IMG/VR virus record: IMGVR_UViG_2773857891_000002
Source of the DNA: a virus
Strand: one strand, 5' to 3'
DNA: 64,000 nucleotides
Part shown: piece by piece, positions 44,495 through 55,119 of the stretch
Position numbering within the stretch: the stretch's first letter is position 1
Layout of the letters: each line of letters begins with the position of its first letter
Position numbers and translations under genes: made by a program
Notes under the pieces: generated by a model
Databases searched by the model: none
Told to the model about the DNA's origin: nothing
Seen by the model: only the letters and a program-made list of their open reading frames with translations

Positions 44495-44906
44495 CTTCGA
44501 CGCCAACCGGTGTGCCCATCATCCAATGCGGCACCTGCAACCGCACTCACCCCCAAGGCCGGGCACACTGCACCCAATGCGGGCAGGCAAGCCTTTTCCT
44601 CGCCCACGGGAAATGCCGCAACTGCCAACGCCACAACAACCAGGAGGACCAATGACCACACCACGCGAACAACTCGCCAAACTGATCTTCTTTCACGACA
44701 ACTGCGACACCCCGAGGGAAAACCTTGAAACAGACTGGAGAAACAACCCGCCAGTCACCGACTACACATGGCCCATCGCCGACGCAATCATCGCCGCCGG
44801 CTGGCAACCACCACCCACTAGACCCAGCCAAACAATCCCATACCTCGACAACTAAACCCGCCCCACACGGCGGGTTTTTCACACCCAAAACCAGAAAGGC
44901 AAAGCC

Positions 44907-45434
44907 ATGACCGCTGAACTTCAAGCCATGTGGCAAACCATCTCAGACGCTTACCCCTACGTGCGCGCCACCCTAGAAAAAGGCACCCGACCATCCGACG
45001 GAATGCCCGGCGCGAAACCAGACCCCCGCAAAACACCCTGCAACCTCGCCGCCCTCTCATGGCTCGAACAATGTGACAGGCTCGCAATCGCATGGGCAGA
45101 AGACAGGGAATCACCAGCAGCAGCCCGCAAATGGCTCAGCACCCACACACCCGACCTCGACCCAGACGCCCTCCTCGACTACCAAACCGAAACACACACC
45201 ATCCACAACGGCGCACTCCAACACCTACCAGCACACGAAAAAACCCGCGCACTCACCCAAGAACAAATAGCCGGAGTGTATTGCGCCACCATCCAAGAAA
45301 CCCGTCTCGCCCTCGCAGCGCTCGGCCACCAAGTGCCACTGGACACAATCAAAACCTGGTCCAAGCGCGGACACCTCACCAAAACCCAAGCAGGATACCC
45401 ACTCGCCCAAGCCCTAGAAAGGATCACCAAATGA
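44907..45434 (+). CDS. Putative late regulator (copy 2)
   Basis: Identical to 5744-6271. Confidence 0.5.
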   Translation: MTAELQAMWQTISDAYPYVRATLEKGTRPSDGMPGAKPDPRKTPCNLAALSWLEQCDRLAIAWAEDRESPAAARKWLSTHTPDLDPDALLDYQTETHTIHNGALQHLPAHEKTRALTQEQIAGVYCATIQETRLALAALGHQVPLDTIKTWSKRGHLTKTQAGYPLAQALERITK

Positions 45435-45898
45435 CGCTCGCGCTCGCACTAACCGGAGTAGTGTTTCTCGCCCTCGCAATCATCATGAGTATTCTCGCGG
45501 AAGAATCAAGCCGCTGGAATACCACCAAGATCTACGCGCGAATCGGATACATCGCCCTCGCACTATCCACAACAGCCTTCCTCACATCCATCTGGACACA
45601 CGCCCTCACATAGTTTGCGTTGCACTAGACAAACACCGCATGAACCCTTACCTTTGTCATAGTGGCAGTTTCATACACTGAAGCCACCACACGCCAGCCG
45701 CCACTGAGCGGCATTTTTTATGCCCAAACACAGGGCAAGCCCAGACCATCAGACGGCACCCGGGAGCAAGACCCGGCTGGGCACCACACACACGCAGCCC
45801 ACCACACGGGCACACACACTTCCCTCACCCGCCACAAACAATCGCGCGGAAACGCACGGCGCAGAGTGAGGGAGCACAACACACCGGAGGGGGGAACA

Positions 45899-46216
45899 AT
45901 GACCACCTCCCGCACAGGCACCACCCGATGGAAAAAACTCCGCCAACAAGCCATCCACCAAGCAAAACAAAACAACCAGACCCGGTGCCCAATCTGCAAC
46001 ACCCCCCTCAACTACAACACCCCCCTCCACCCAAAATCACCGGAGGCCGACCACATCACCCCCCACACCCACGGCGGACAAGACACACTCGAAAACATCC
46101 GCATCATCTGCAGACAATGCAACCAAAAACTCGGCGGGAAACTCGCCACCAAAACAAAAAACAAACACCAACACACCGCCAAACCCAAAACACCACACAC
46201 AAAAATCAACTGGTAA
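45899..46216 (+). CDS. HNH endonuclease (copy 2)
   Basis: Identical to 6736-7053. Confidence 0.92.
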   Translation: MTTSRTGTTRWKKLRQQAIHQAKQNNQTRCPICNTPLNYNTPLHPKSPEADHITPHTHGGQDTLENIRIICRQCNQKLGGKLATKTKNKHQHTAKPKTPHTKINW

Positions 46217-46291
46217 CACCACCAACCAGCACAAACAAACCACAAACAAAACCAGGCAGGGGCCACCCCCTCCCCCACCCACACTTCGCAC

Positions 46292-46318
46292 CCCGGAGGC
46301 TTAGCGAGATACCCCCCC
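46292..46318 (+). other. Predicted cos site (copy 2)
   Basis: Same motif as 7130-7155 with two C-tract length differences. Confidence 0.6.
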
Positions 46319-46372
46319 GCGCTGGTTTTTGTTGCGCCGGGGTGGGGTGGGCTTGTGATTATGGAGGGTTTT

Positions 46373-46591
46373 ATGGGGCGAATTGATGAATTAAGGGAAG
46401 CGAAAGCGCTGGCTTGGGAGTCGATTCTTGCGGTCGACGAGGACAAGCGCGCACCGCTTTTCAATCAATGGCGTGCACTGTCGGCGGAGATCGCCGCTTT
46501 AGAAGCTGAGGAAGAACCTACAGGGAAGGGATCGGTGCTCGATGAGCTCAAAAAGCGCCGTGAACTTAGGGGTGCAAGAACCGCGAATTAG
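46373..46591 (+). CDS. terS: Terminase small subunit (copy 2)
   Basis: Identical to 7210-7428. Confidence 0.8.
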   Translation: MGRIDELREAKALAWESILAVDEDKRAPLFNQWRALSAEIAALEAEEEPTGKGSVLDELKKRRELRGARTAN

Positions 46592-48017
46592 TTTGCATCC
46601 TAGGGCGGTTGATTTTGAGGACGCGGATGAGGCTGTTGCTCTTGCTGGTGGGTATGGTTTGACGCCTGACCCTTGGCAGGAGCATGTTGTGCGCGGTTGG
46701 ATGGGGCGGCGTCGTGATGGCCGTCTGGCTGCTGGTCGTTGCGGTGTTGCTGTGCCTCGCCAAAATGGTAAGAACGGCACTGTCGAGATCACGCAGTTGC
46801 ACAAGATGGTTATGCAGGGTCGAAAGATCCTTCACACTGCTCATGAGGTTAAGACAGCGCGTAAAGCGTTTTTGCGGTTGGCCTCGTTTTTTGAGAATGA
46901 GCGTAAGTACCCCGAACTTTACGAGCTTGCCAAGGGTGGTATTCGGAAGACGAACGGCCAGGAAGCGATTCTGCTGACCAATGGCGGGTCTTGTGAGTTC
47001 GTTGCTCGTTCTCGTGGTTCTGGTCGTGGGTACACGGTTGATGATTTGTTTTGTGATGAGGCGCAGGAACTCACGGATGAACAGCTTGAGGCGTTGCTTC
47101 CAACTATTGCTGCTGCCCCGTCTGGTGATCCTCAACAGTTTTATTTGGGGACTCCGCCTGGCCCTAATAGCGTGGGTGACGTTTTTGTTCGCGTGCGCCG
47201 TGAAGGTGTCGCAGGGAAGGACAAGCGTCTTTGCTGGGATGAATGGTCCATTCCTGATGAAACTCACGCGGATGAGGCTTTAAAGCATTGGCGTGAATAC
47301 GCGGCGGCGACTAACCCTGCTTTGGGTTTGCGTTTGAATATTACGACGGTTGAGGACGAGAAAAACGCGATGAGCCCTGATGGGTTTTGTCGTGAGCGTC
47401 TAGGACGTTGGGATTCAGCTGATGTGGGTTCTGCTGCTGTTGACTTTACGCAGTGGGGGCGCTTGAAGGTTTTAGCTCCTCCGTCAAGTGGCAAGAAAGT
47501 TTTCGCAGTTCGTTTCCCTGTTGATGGTTCTGGGGTTGGGTTATCTGCGGCTTTGAAACCTTCTCGTGGGTGCCCGCATGTGGAGGGTATCCGTTTTTCT
47601 ACACCCTCTGAGGGGACGCAATGGCTGATTGACTGGCTTGTGGAGCGTTGGCGTTCCGCGTCGCAGATCATTGTGGACGGCAAGGGCGGTGCAGGGTATT
47701 TGGTTTCCGCGTTGCGTGATGCCGGTGTTCCTTCTCGTGTGATTTGGACCCCGAATGTTGGGCAAGTTATTGCCGCGCATTCTTTGATGGCTGAGTCGAT
47801 TAGCTCTGGTTTGGTTTCGCATTCTGGGCAGCCCGAATTGGATGAGCAGGTTAGGGACGCGGGTAAGCGGAAGATCGGTAATGACGGCGGTTTTGGTTGG
47901 ATGGCGCGCACGGATTCGGGTGTGGCGTTGTTTGAGGCTGCGACTTTGGCGTTGTGGGGTGTCCACGAGACTAAGCGTCGCCCATCAGGTGAGGGAAGCG
48001 GGGTGACTATTCTATGA
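46542..48017 (+). CDS. terL: Terminase large subunit (copy 2)
   Basis: Identical to 7379-8854. Confidence 0.96.
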   Translation: MSSKSAVNLGVQEPRISLHPRAVDFEDADEAVALAGGYGLTPDPWQEHVVRGWMGRRRDGRLAAGRCGVAVPRQNGKNGTVEITQLHKMVMQGRKILHTAHEVKTARKAFLRLASFFENERKYPELYELAKGGIRKTNGQEAILLTNGGSCEFVARSRGSGRGYTVDDLFCDEAQELTDEQLEALLPTIAAAPSGDPQQFYLGTPPGPNSVGDVFVRVRREGVAGKDKRLCWDEWSIPDETHADEALKHWREYAAATNPALGLRLNITTVEDEKNAMSPDGFCRERLGRWDSADVGSAAVDFTQWGRLKVLAPPSSGKKVFAVRFPVDGSGVGLSAALKPSRGCPHVEGIRFSTPSEGTQWLIDWLVERWRSASQIIVDGKGGAGYLVSALRDAGVPSRVIWTPNVGQVIAAHSLMAESISSGLVSHSGQPELDEQVRDAGKRKIGNDGGFGWMARTDSGVALFEAATLALWGVHETKRRPSGEGSGVTIL

Positions 48018-49435
48018 GCCTTGAATTGACGCATGTTCGTGCGATTGGGCTGTCTGATGATGAGGTGTTGACGCTTCGTCGGTTGTTGACTTTGTGGTCT
48101 CGGAAGCGGTTTAAGAACGCTTTGCTTGGTGTTTATTACGATGGGCATCGGGTGTTGCGGGATTTGGGTATTTCTTTGCCGCCTGAGACTAGGAACATTC
48201 AGGCTGCTTTGGGGTGGCCTGCTAAGGCTGTGCAGTATTTGACTCGGAAGCATAAGTTTGAGGGCTTTTCTTTGAACGGTGAGGTTGACCCGTTTGATAT
48301 GGGGGAAGTTTTTGAGCGTAATAATTTCGGTTTAGAGCTTCCGCAGGCGTTGAATTCGACGTATAAGCAGGCTGTGTCGTTTATTTCTTCGACGCGGGGT
48401 GTTGATGGTGAGCCTGACGTGGTTTTGCAGGCTCGTGATGCCGAGTGGACTACGGCGTTGTGGGATAAACGCAGGCGTGAGATTAGTGCGGCATTGGCTA
48501 TTGTTGATACTGACGAGAATGACCAGCCGTGTGAGGCGGTTTTTTACACCCGTGATGCGGTGTTGAATATCCGGCGTGAGTGGGGTGTGTGGAAGGTTGA
48601 CCGTCAGCCTAATCGCACTGGGCGTGTTTTGGTTGAGCCTTTCATTAATGACCCGCAGATTTCGCGTCCGTTTGGTTATTCGCGTATTACTCGCGAGGTT
48701 CGCTATTTGACTGATGCGGCGTTGCGTACGTTGGTTCGTACTGAGGTGTCGGCAGAGTTTTTCGCGTCCCCGCAAAGGTATGTTTTGGGTGCGAAAGAGG
48801 GCGCGTTTTCCGGCGATAATCGTTGGTCTGCCGTCATGTCTAGGTTGTTGGCTTTGGACGTGAACGAGGAAGGTGAGAAACCCTCTGTTGGCCAGTTCCA
48901 GCAGATGACGATGTCACCTCACCTCGAGCATTACAGGCAGCTTGCGCAGAATTTCTGCGCGGCGACGGATTTGCCACAGTCGTCGGTTGGCTTGTTCTCG
49001 GAAACTCCAGCTTCGGCTGAGGCTATGGAGGCTTCGGAGGCGCGCTTGTCTGAGACCGCCGAGTACCAGTGGCGCGTTTTCCGGCACCCGCTGAAACGCC
49101 TCGCACAGAATGTCGTGATGCTCCGGGACAACCTTTCTTCTCCACCTCCTGAGATGTGGAAGCTGGATGTGAAGTGGACGCCATGCCGGTATGTCTCTCC
49201 GCAGGCTGCGGCTGATTTCACGGTGAAAGCCGTGGCTGCAGTGCCGAAGATCGGTGAGACGACGGAGGCCCTGCGTGGCCTTGGGTTCACGACGACGCAG
49301 ATTGAGGGCATGCAAGCTGAGTGGCGGCGATCTTCTGGCGCGTCGGTACTTGAGCGTGTTCTGGCTGCTCGCGGTGATTCCCCTGCCGCGTTGGTTGGGT
49401 CTGGTCAGGTGAGCAGCGATGACGACGAGGGCTGA
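48014..49435 (+). CDS. Portal (copy 2)
   Basis: Identical to 8851-10272. Confidence 0.92.
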   Translation: MSLELTHVRAIGLSDDEVLTLRRLLTLWSRKRFKNALLGVYYDGHRVLRDLGISLPPETRNIQAALGWPAKAVQYLTRKHKFEGFSLNGEVDPFDMGEVFERNNFGLELPQALNSTYKQAVSFISSTRGVDGEPDVVLQARDAEWTTALWDKRRREISAALAIVDTDENDQPCEAVFYTRDAVLNIRREWGVWKVDRQPNRTGRVLVEPFINDPQISRPFGYSRITREVRYLTDAALRTLVRTEVSAEFFASPQRYVLGAKEGAFSGDNRWSAVMSRLLALDVNEEGEKPSVGQFQQMTMSPHLEHYRQLAQNFCAATDLPQSSVGLFSETPASAEAMEASEARLSETAEYQWRVFRHPLKRLAQNVVMLRDNLSSPPPEMWKLDVKWTPCRYVSPQAAADFTVKAVAAVPKIGETTEALRGLGFTTTQIEGMQAEWRRSSGASVLERVLAARGDSPAALVGSGQVSSDDDEG

Positions 49436-50168
49436 TGTCGTCAGGCTGTCGTCGGCGTCTAGGGCGATTGTGGACATGGCGAAGGAAGACCTAGCCGGAC
49501 TCATAGCTGGCCTAGATTTCACTAGGCCGGAGGTCGTGCGAGACGCACTGCTAGAGGTTGTCCCCGTGCTGGTACGCGAGTACGGGGACGTCGCGGCTGT
49601 TGCCGCTGCCGAATGGTATGAGGAGACGCGCGCCGCCCAGGTGCCCGGTAGGTTCGTTGCGGTTCCTGCTGCTGCGGTTGATCCTGCCCAGGTTGAGGCT
49701 ACTGTGCGGTGGGCTGCTGGAGGGCTGTTCACGGAGGACGCTGCCGGGGTCCTTGCCCGTCTTGAGGGGGCTATGCAGAGGTATATCACCTACTCCGCGC
49801 GGGAAACTGTGCGGGGAAGCGTCGCCGCCGATCCTGCCCGCCCGCGGTTCGCGCGGGTGCCTTCCGGCCCGAAAACCTGCGCATGGTGCACGATGCTCGC
49901 GTCTCGGGGTTTCGTGTACAGGTCGGAAGAATCCGCTGGTGATTTAGGGCGGGGTTTTGGTGAGGACTTTCATGACGATTGCGACTGCCAGGTGGTCCCT
50001 GAATGGGACGCCGCCGCCCACCACATCGACGGGTATGACCCAGACCAGCTATACGACCTTTACCAGAAAGCTAGGAAAGAAGCAGGTTCCGGCGATCTGA
50101 CCGAGATAACTGCTGCTGCCCGCCGCCTGGAGCCTGACCGGTTCACGGACGGTGTACACACAGACTAG
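49419..50168 (+). CDS. Head morphogenesis protein (copy 2)
   Basis: Identical to 10256-11005. Confidence 0.8.
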   Translation: MTTRADVVRLSSASRAIVDMAKEDLAGLIAGLDFTRPEVVRDALLEVVPVLVREYGDVAAVAAAEWYEETRAAQVPGRFVAVPAAAVDPAQVEATVRWAAGGLFTEDAAGVLARLEGAMQRYITYSARETVRGSVAADPARPRFARVPSGPKTCAWCTMLASRGFVYRSEESAGDLGRGFGEDFHDDCDCQVVPEWDAAAHHIDGYDPDQLYDLYQKARKEAGSGDLTEITAAARRLEPDRFTDGVHTD

Positions 50169-50263
50169 CCCTTCACCGACTGGTGGAGGGTTTTCTTATA
50201 CCCATTTCCCCTTTCACAGCCGCACGGCGTTTTTGAGGGGTGTCCCGCACGGGAGGAAAACAT

Positions 50264-50698
50264 ATGAGCGATCAAACCGGTGACCAGGAAACGCCTGCAC
50301 AGGCGAAGGAAATCGATTGGAAAGCGGAAGCCCGTAAATGGGAGACGCGCGCTAAGGAGAACTTTGACGCGCTGGCTTCTAAGGAATCCGCTATTCAAGA
50401 ATTGACCGCGAAAAACGAGGCCCTGACCGGCAAGGTGAAGGACCTCGAAACGGTTATTTCTGAGGGTGAGAAAGAGAAAGCTTTCGCTCAAACCCTCGCA
50501 GAAGTAGCCGAGGCTACCGGTGTCCCTGCTGCTGCTCTGCGCGGTTCCACGCGTGAAGAGCTCGAAGCGCACGCAGAGACACTTAAGCCTTTTGTTACCC
50601 CTTCTGGGCCGGTCGCGCCCAAAGCGGGAGACGCCCCGGAAAAAACTTCTGGTGGCGAAGAAATTGAGTTCGTTCGCGGGCTCTTTGGGCGTGAATAG
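50264..50698 (+). CDS. Scaffolding protein (copy 2)
   Basis: Identical to 11101-11535. Confidence 0.88.
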   Translation: MSDQTGDQETPAQAKEIDWKAEARKWETRAKENFDALASKESAIQELTAKNEALTGKVKDLETVISEGEKEKAFAQTLAEVAEATGVPAAALRGSTREELEAHAETLKPFVTPSGPVAPKAGDAPEKTSGGEEIEFVRGLFGRE

Positions 50699-50709
50699 GA
50701 GATTCACTC

Positions 50710-51609
50710 ATGGCTGTTTTTACTACCTCTGGGATTACTATCCCCACTCAGTTCATTGATCCTTGGCTTGGGAAGGTCGCGAACGGTTCTACTGTTTCTG
50801 CGCTTTCTGGTGCTATCCCGATGCAGTTTGGGCCTGGGGAGTCGATGACTTTTGACATTGGTGAAGCGGAATATGTTGGGGAGGGCGCGAATAAGTCTGG
50901 TTCGACGGTTACCCCGACTGTGAAAACCGTGAAGCCATTTAAATTCCAAAAGACTGTTCGCTGGACTAATGAGGTCATGTGGGCGGACGAGGATCACCAG
51001 CTGGGTGTGGTGCGGCAGGTGTTGGACGCGATCCAGCCTGCTCTTTCCCGTGCTCTGGATTTCGGTGTTTTCCACGGGATTAACCCGATGGATGGTACTG
51101 CGGTGGCGGCGATGGCTGAGAAGCTGTCGGACACTACTAACTCGGTTGAAGTTGCTACCGGGGACAAGCCTTACGCGAACTTGGACGCGGCTGATGCTCT
51201 TGTGCTTGCGGACGGTTATGTGCCCCGTGATGTGGCTTTGGACCCGACTATGGCCGCGAAGTTCACGACTTTGCGTGGCACTAACTCGGAGCAGAAGCTT
51301 TACCCGAATTTCACTTTGGGTACTGCTGTTTCTGAGCTGGATGGGCACCGTGCGTCCGTGTCAAACACCGTCGGTGCGGTAGGCGTGGCTAGCACAGCGA
51401 CAGACGTGCTTGGGTTCGTCGGTGACTTCTCCGGTATTCGGTGGGGTATTCAACGCAACATCGGCCTCAAGGTCATTGAATATGGTGACCCTGATGGTGC
51501 TGGTGACCTGCAGCGAAACAACCAGGTCGCGTTCCGTGCAGAGGTTGTTTACGGGTGGGGCATCGCTGATCTTAACGCGTTCGCGAAGATTGTTGACGAG
51601 GTGGAGTGA
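50710..51609 (+). CDS. Major capsid protein (copy 2)
   Basis: Identical to 11547-12446. Confidence 0.93.
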   Translation: MAVFTTSGITIPTQFIDPWLGKVANGSTVSALSGAIPMQFGPGESMTFDIGEAEYVGEGANKSGSTVTPTVKTVKPFKFQKTVRWTNEVMWADEDHQLGVVRQVLDAIQPALSRALDFGVFHGINPMDGTAVAAMAEKLSDTTNSVEVATGDKPYANLDAADALVLADGYVPRDVALDPTMAAKFTTLRGTNSEQKLYPNFTLGTAVSELDGHRASVSNTVGAVGVASTATDVLGFVGDFSGIRWGIQRNIGLKVIEYGDPDGAGDLQRNNQVAFRAEVVYGWGIADLNAFAKIVDEVE

Positions 51610-51801
51610 TGGGGTTTGTCCGGGTGAAGAACCGGGCCAGTGGTGTTGTGGTGGCCGTCGCGTCTACTAAGGCGCGGCGGCTTCCCTCCACTGACTGGGT
51701 GCCGGTCGATGATGAGAAGCCTGAGCCAGTGCAGGTGAAGGATTCTGAGCCTGTGAAGCGGCGTGGGCGTCCACCGAAGGGCAAGTGAATAGGAGGAAGT
51801 C

Positions 51802-52209
51802 ATGGCTGACGTTTTACCCTTCCCGTTTGCCACCGTGGATGATTTGAAGTTGCGTTGGCCTGACTTCCCTGTTGGTGGGGACTCGCATGCTGGCGTTCTG
51901 CTTGAGGACGCTTCGCAGTACATCTTGGATGTGTGTCCTACTGCTGGTGAGGTGTCTGAGTCTACTAGGCGGCGTGTCGTCTGCAGTGTGGTTCGTCGGG
52001 CGATGGAGGTCGAGTCTGAGCTGGTTGGCGTGGAGTCGATGCAGATGGGGGCTGGGCCTTACCAGGAGACTAGGAAGGCGTTGAATCCTCACGGCGATTT
52101 TTACCTCACTAAGCAGGAGAAGCTTTCTCTAGGGTGTGGCGGTCAGAAGGCGTTCACGGTGGACATGATGCCTGTCCGGCCTACGCCTGTTTACCCGTGG
52201 GAGGTGTGA
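51802..52209 (+). CDS. Head-to-tail adaptor (copy 2)
   Basis: Identical to 12639-13046. Confidence 0.85.
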   Translation: MADVLPFPFATVDDLKLRWPDFPVGGDSHAGVLLEDASQYILDVCPTAGEVSESTRRRVVCSVVRRAMEVESELVGVESMQMGAGPYQETRKALNPHGDFYLTKQEKLSLGCGGQKAFTVDMMPVRPTPVYPWEV

Positions 52210-52210
52210 C

Positions 52211-52546
52211 ATGCGCGGGGAAACGGTGGTGGTTCGCCGCCCAACAGCGGGCGGGGTTGACCCGTTTGGGTCACCGTCCGTGGTGTGGGTAGAAGAGGTT
52301 GTAGAGGATGTTCTGGTTGCGCCTGGGCCTAGGAATGATGCTGATGGGGCCATCCGCCCTGACGGGAAAATCATTGCTTGGACTCTGCATTTCCCGAAGA
52401 CGTTTGACCAGTCTTTGAAGGGGTGCGAGGTACGGGTGCGTGGAGAGGTTCCGCGCCCTGTCGTGGGAGACCCGAAACCGTACACGCTGGAGAACACGCC
52501 GACTCGTTGGTGGATGCCGGTGGAATTGGAGGGCGTCGATGGGTAG
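52211..52546 (+). CDS. Head-to-tail stopper (copy 2)
   Basis: Identical to 13048-13383. Confidence 0.8.
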   Translation: MRGETVVVRRPTAGGVDPFGSPSVVWVEEVVEDVLVAPGPRNDADGAIRPDGKIIAWTLHFPKTFDQSLKGCEVRVRGEVPRPVVGDPKPYTLENTPTRWWMPVELEGVDG

Positions 52547-52814
52547 TCGCGTGAAGGTGAAGATGAATTCCGCTGGTGCTGCAAGGGTGATGAATTCGGC
52601 TGGTGTGCAGGCGAGGCTTTTAGCCCATGCGGAGAGTATGGCCGCTGCAGCTAATTCGATGCTGGATCCTGCCTCGGCTGGCGCGGGTCGTTTTGAGGCT
52701 GATGTGAAGCCCGGGAAGGTGCGTGCACACGCCCGCGTTACCGCTGCTGGGGTTTACCCTATTCGCCATAATTTGAAGCACAACACTTTATTGAAGGTTT
52801 TGGGAAATGGTTAA
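52539..52814 (+). CDS. Neck/tail completion protein (copy 2)
   Basis: Identical to 13376-13651. Confidence 0.75.
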   Translation: MGSRVKVKMNSAGAARVMNSAGVQARLLAHAESMAAAANSMLDPASAGAGRFEADVKPGKVRAHARVTAAGVYPIRHNLKHNTLLKVLGNG

Positions 52815-53154
52815 CATCGAGAGTTTAGTGATTTCCCATTTGAACACGGTGTTTGGTGCGGGTTTCGCTTTTGGTGACGTCCCGGCTGATAGGCCAACAC
52901 GGTTTGCCACGGTTGAGCGCACGGGTGGCCCGTATTCAGAGCATCGTGATTTGCCTTTGCTCGTTGTGCAATGTTGGGAGTCGACAAGGCATGCTGCAAG
53001 CGAATTAGCGCTGACGGTTCGCGACGCTGTTAACGGCCTTTCTGCGCATCCGAATGTGGGGCGTGTGAGGGTCACGGCGTTGTATAACTTCCCGGATGGT
53101 CAGTCTGGTCATCCTCGGTATCAAATGACCGTGGAAATGGTCACCAAGGGGTGA
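52807..53154 (+). CDS. Tail terminator (copy 2)
   Basis: Identical to 13644-13991. Confidence 0.82.
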   Translation: MVNIESLVISHLNTVFGAGFAFGDVPADRPTRFATVERTGGPYSEHRDLPLLVVQCWESTRHAASELALTVRDAVNGLSAHPNVGRVRVTALYNFPDGQSGHPRYQMTVEMVTKG

Positions 53155-53215
53155 ATAGCCTCAACCTGTTTTGGTTTAAGTGGCGCGGCGCTGCTTTCCT
53201 GGAAGGGATTTTGAC

Positions 53216-53773
53216 ATGACTGATGCGACTAATGTTTCTGTGGGTAAGCCTAGTGCGGCTGGTGGTATTTTCGCTGGGGATACTTCGGTTGCGGCTCCGA
53301 CTGACGCGACGACTGCTTTGCCTTCGGGTTTGTCGGGGTTGGGGTATGTGTCGGATGAGGGTTTGACGAACACAATTGAAATTGACACGACAGACATTAT
53401 TGCGTGGGGTGGGGACAAAGTTCTCACTGTGCGCACGTCTCGCAGTGAATCGTTTACGTGGACGTTTATTGAAACTAACGCCGCGGTGTTGGGTGAGGTT
53501 TACGGGCCTGATAACGTCACGGAATCTTCGGGTGATTTGACTGTTGTTCACAACAACAAGGATTTGCCTGCACGGTTGTACGTCTTTGAGATTTTGCTGA
53601 CTGGGAACAAAGTCAAAAGGATTGTTGTTCCTAACGGGCAAATCGTTGAGGTCGGGGACATTGTCTATGTGGACGGGGAACCCATCGGTTACCCTGTGAC
53701 GCTTTCCTGCTACCCCGACTCTAGCGGGAACACCGTTTACGAGTACATTGCGAAAATCGTTTCCACGCCATAA
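53216..53773 (+). CDS. Major tail protein (copy 2)
   Basis: Identical to 14053-14610. Confidence 0.92.
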   Translation: MTDATNVSVGKPSAAGGIFAGDTSVAAPTDATTALPSGLSGLGYVSDEGLTNTIEIDTTDIIAWGGDKVLTVRTSRSESFTWTFIETNAAVLGEVYGPDNVTESSGDLTVVHNNKDLPARLYVFEILLTGNKVKRIVVPNGQIVEVGDIVYVDGEPIGYPVTLSCYPDSSGNTVYEYIAKIVSTP

Positions 53774-53877
53774 ACGGTTCTTTAGTTTGGGTGGTGTGGC
53801 TTTGGTGCCGCGCCCGCCACACCACCCATTAACCATTTTTTGCGCGGCAGTTCATTGATTTGTGGAAGGGGCGCGGC

Positions 53878-54548
53878 ATGCCTGCGAAGAAAAAGGAAAC
53901 ACCCGAAGAAGGCGCAAAGGTTATGGGCATTGAGGTTTCAGTGGATTCCGATGTGTTCGATGACCTTGATGTCCTTGACGCCTTAGACGAATTGTCGTCA
54001 GGTAATGGTCTGGCTATCGGGCGGCTTTTCCGTAAGGTTTTGGGCGATCAGGCGGAGCGGGTTAGCCACGAGCTGCGGGACGCGAAAACTGGTCGTTTGC
54101 GGGTCACTAAGGTCGCGGAGTTCATGAAGGAGCTCATGGAGACTCTAGCCCCAAACTAACGCTGCTCGCAGTTCTACTACGTGATTACCGTGGGGAATTG
54201 CGGGCAGATTTTCAAGCCTATTACGGGCTTGATTTGGATGATCTGGGTGAAGGTTTGCGGGTTATGCGGGCGGCTGATCTTGCCGCGCATTTACCTCGCG
54301 ATTCGGTGACCTGGATGGCTGTGCATCCTGAAAATGCTTGGGGTGTGCAGGAGCATTTACTCGCGACCATTGCTGATACTTTGCGGTGGCTTGCGTGGGC
54401 GAAAAGCGAGGATGGGAAGCGGAACCGCAAGCGCCCGAAACCTATTCCTCGCCCTGGGGACTCTCAGGATGATAGAGGGCGTTTCTCTGGTGTGGAAAAA
54501 GCCGATTTGGATGAGGTTAAGCGTCTGTTGGCGTTGCCTCGACGGTGA
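53878..54548 (+). CDS. Tail assembly chaperone G/GT with -1 frameshift (copy 2)
   Basis: Identical to 14715-15385. Confidence 0.82.
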
Positions 54549-54601
54549 GGCAGGAAAGGGGGTGGAAGCGGCCGGTGCGGTTTGCTTTCACCCCCTTGTT
54601 T

Positions 54602-55078
54602 TTATTTGCACGCTGGGAGCGTTGCGAGTTTGTTTTTGTAGTGGTTTGAGTCCACACCGGAAGCGTCACGGATAACGACTACGGATAGGGCGTCAACTGT
54701 TGTGCAGGCGTGGTTGATAACCCAAGTTGCGGTTTGAGTGCGATCCTCGTCGGTCAGGGTTTCTTGCACATTAACCCTGATCGTTGTCGTGTTAAGTGCG
54801 TCAATCCCTGTTATTGGGTAGCCGGGGCTGGTTGGCCCCAATTCATCAAATGAGTTTACGACGTTGCTTTCAAGGACCGCGTTTGTTGTGTCCTGGGCGA
54901 GCGTATTTTCTTCCTGAATGGTTTCCGCCGGTTCAGGCTCCTTTGTTTCTTCGACCGGTTCGACCGGTGTTTCTGTTGCAGTTTGAGCTTCAGCGTTTAT
55001 CGGCATGTCCGGGATGGCACACCCCGTGAGGGTGAGCGCGGAGACAACGAAACCGGTAAGCAAAAGTCTTTTAGTCAT
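54602..55078 (-). CDS. Lipoprotein moron (copy 2)
   Basis: Identical to 15439-15915. Confidence 0.8.
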   Translation of the reverse strand: MTKRLLLTGFVVSALTLTGCAIPDMPINAEAQTATETPVEPVEETKEPEPAETIQEENTLAQDTTNAVLESNVVNSFDELGPTSPGYPITGIDALNTTTIRVNVQETLTDEDRTQTATWVINHACTTVDALSVVVIRDASGVDSNHYKNKLATLPACK

Positions 55079-55119
55079 GAGGCCATTCTACAGGCCAAGT
55101 TAACCCCTGGGGAGGGCCT

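Larger units (their letters stand above)
7141..46302 (+). mobile_element. One complete cos-to-cos unit of a temperate actinobacteriophage (~39.16 kb)
   Basis: Complete packaging, head, tail, lysis, integration, immunity, recombination and replication modules. Confidence 0.93.
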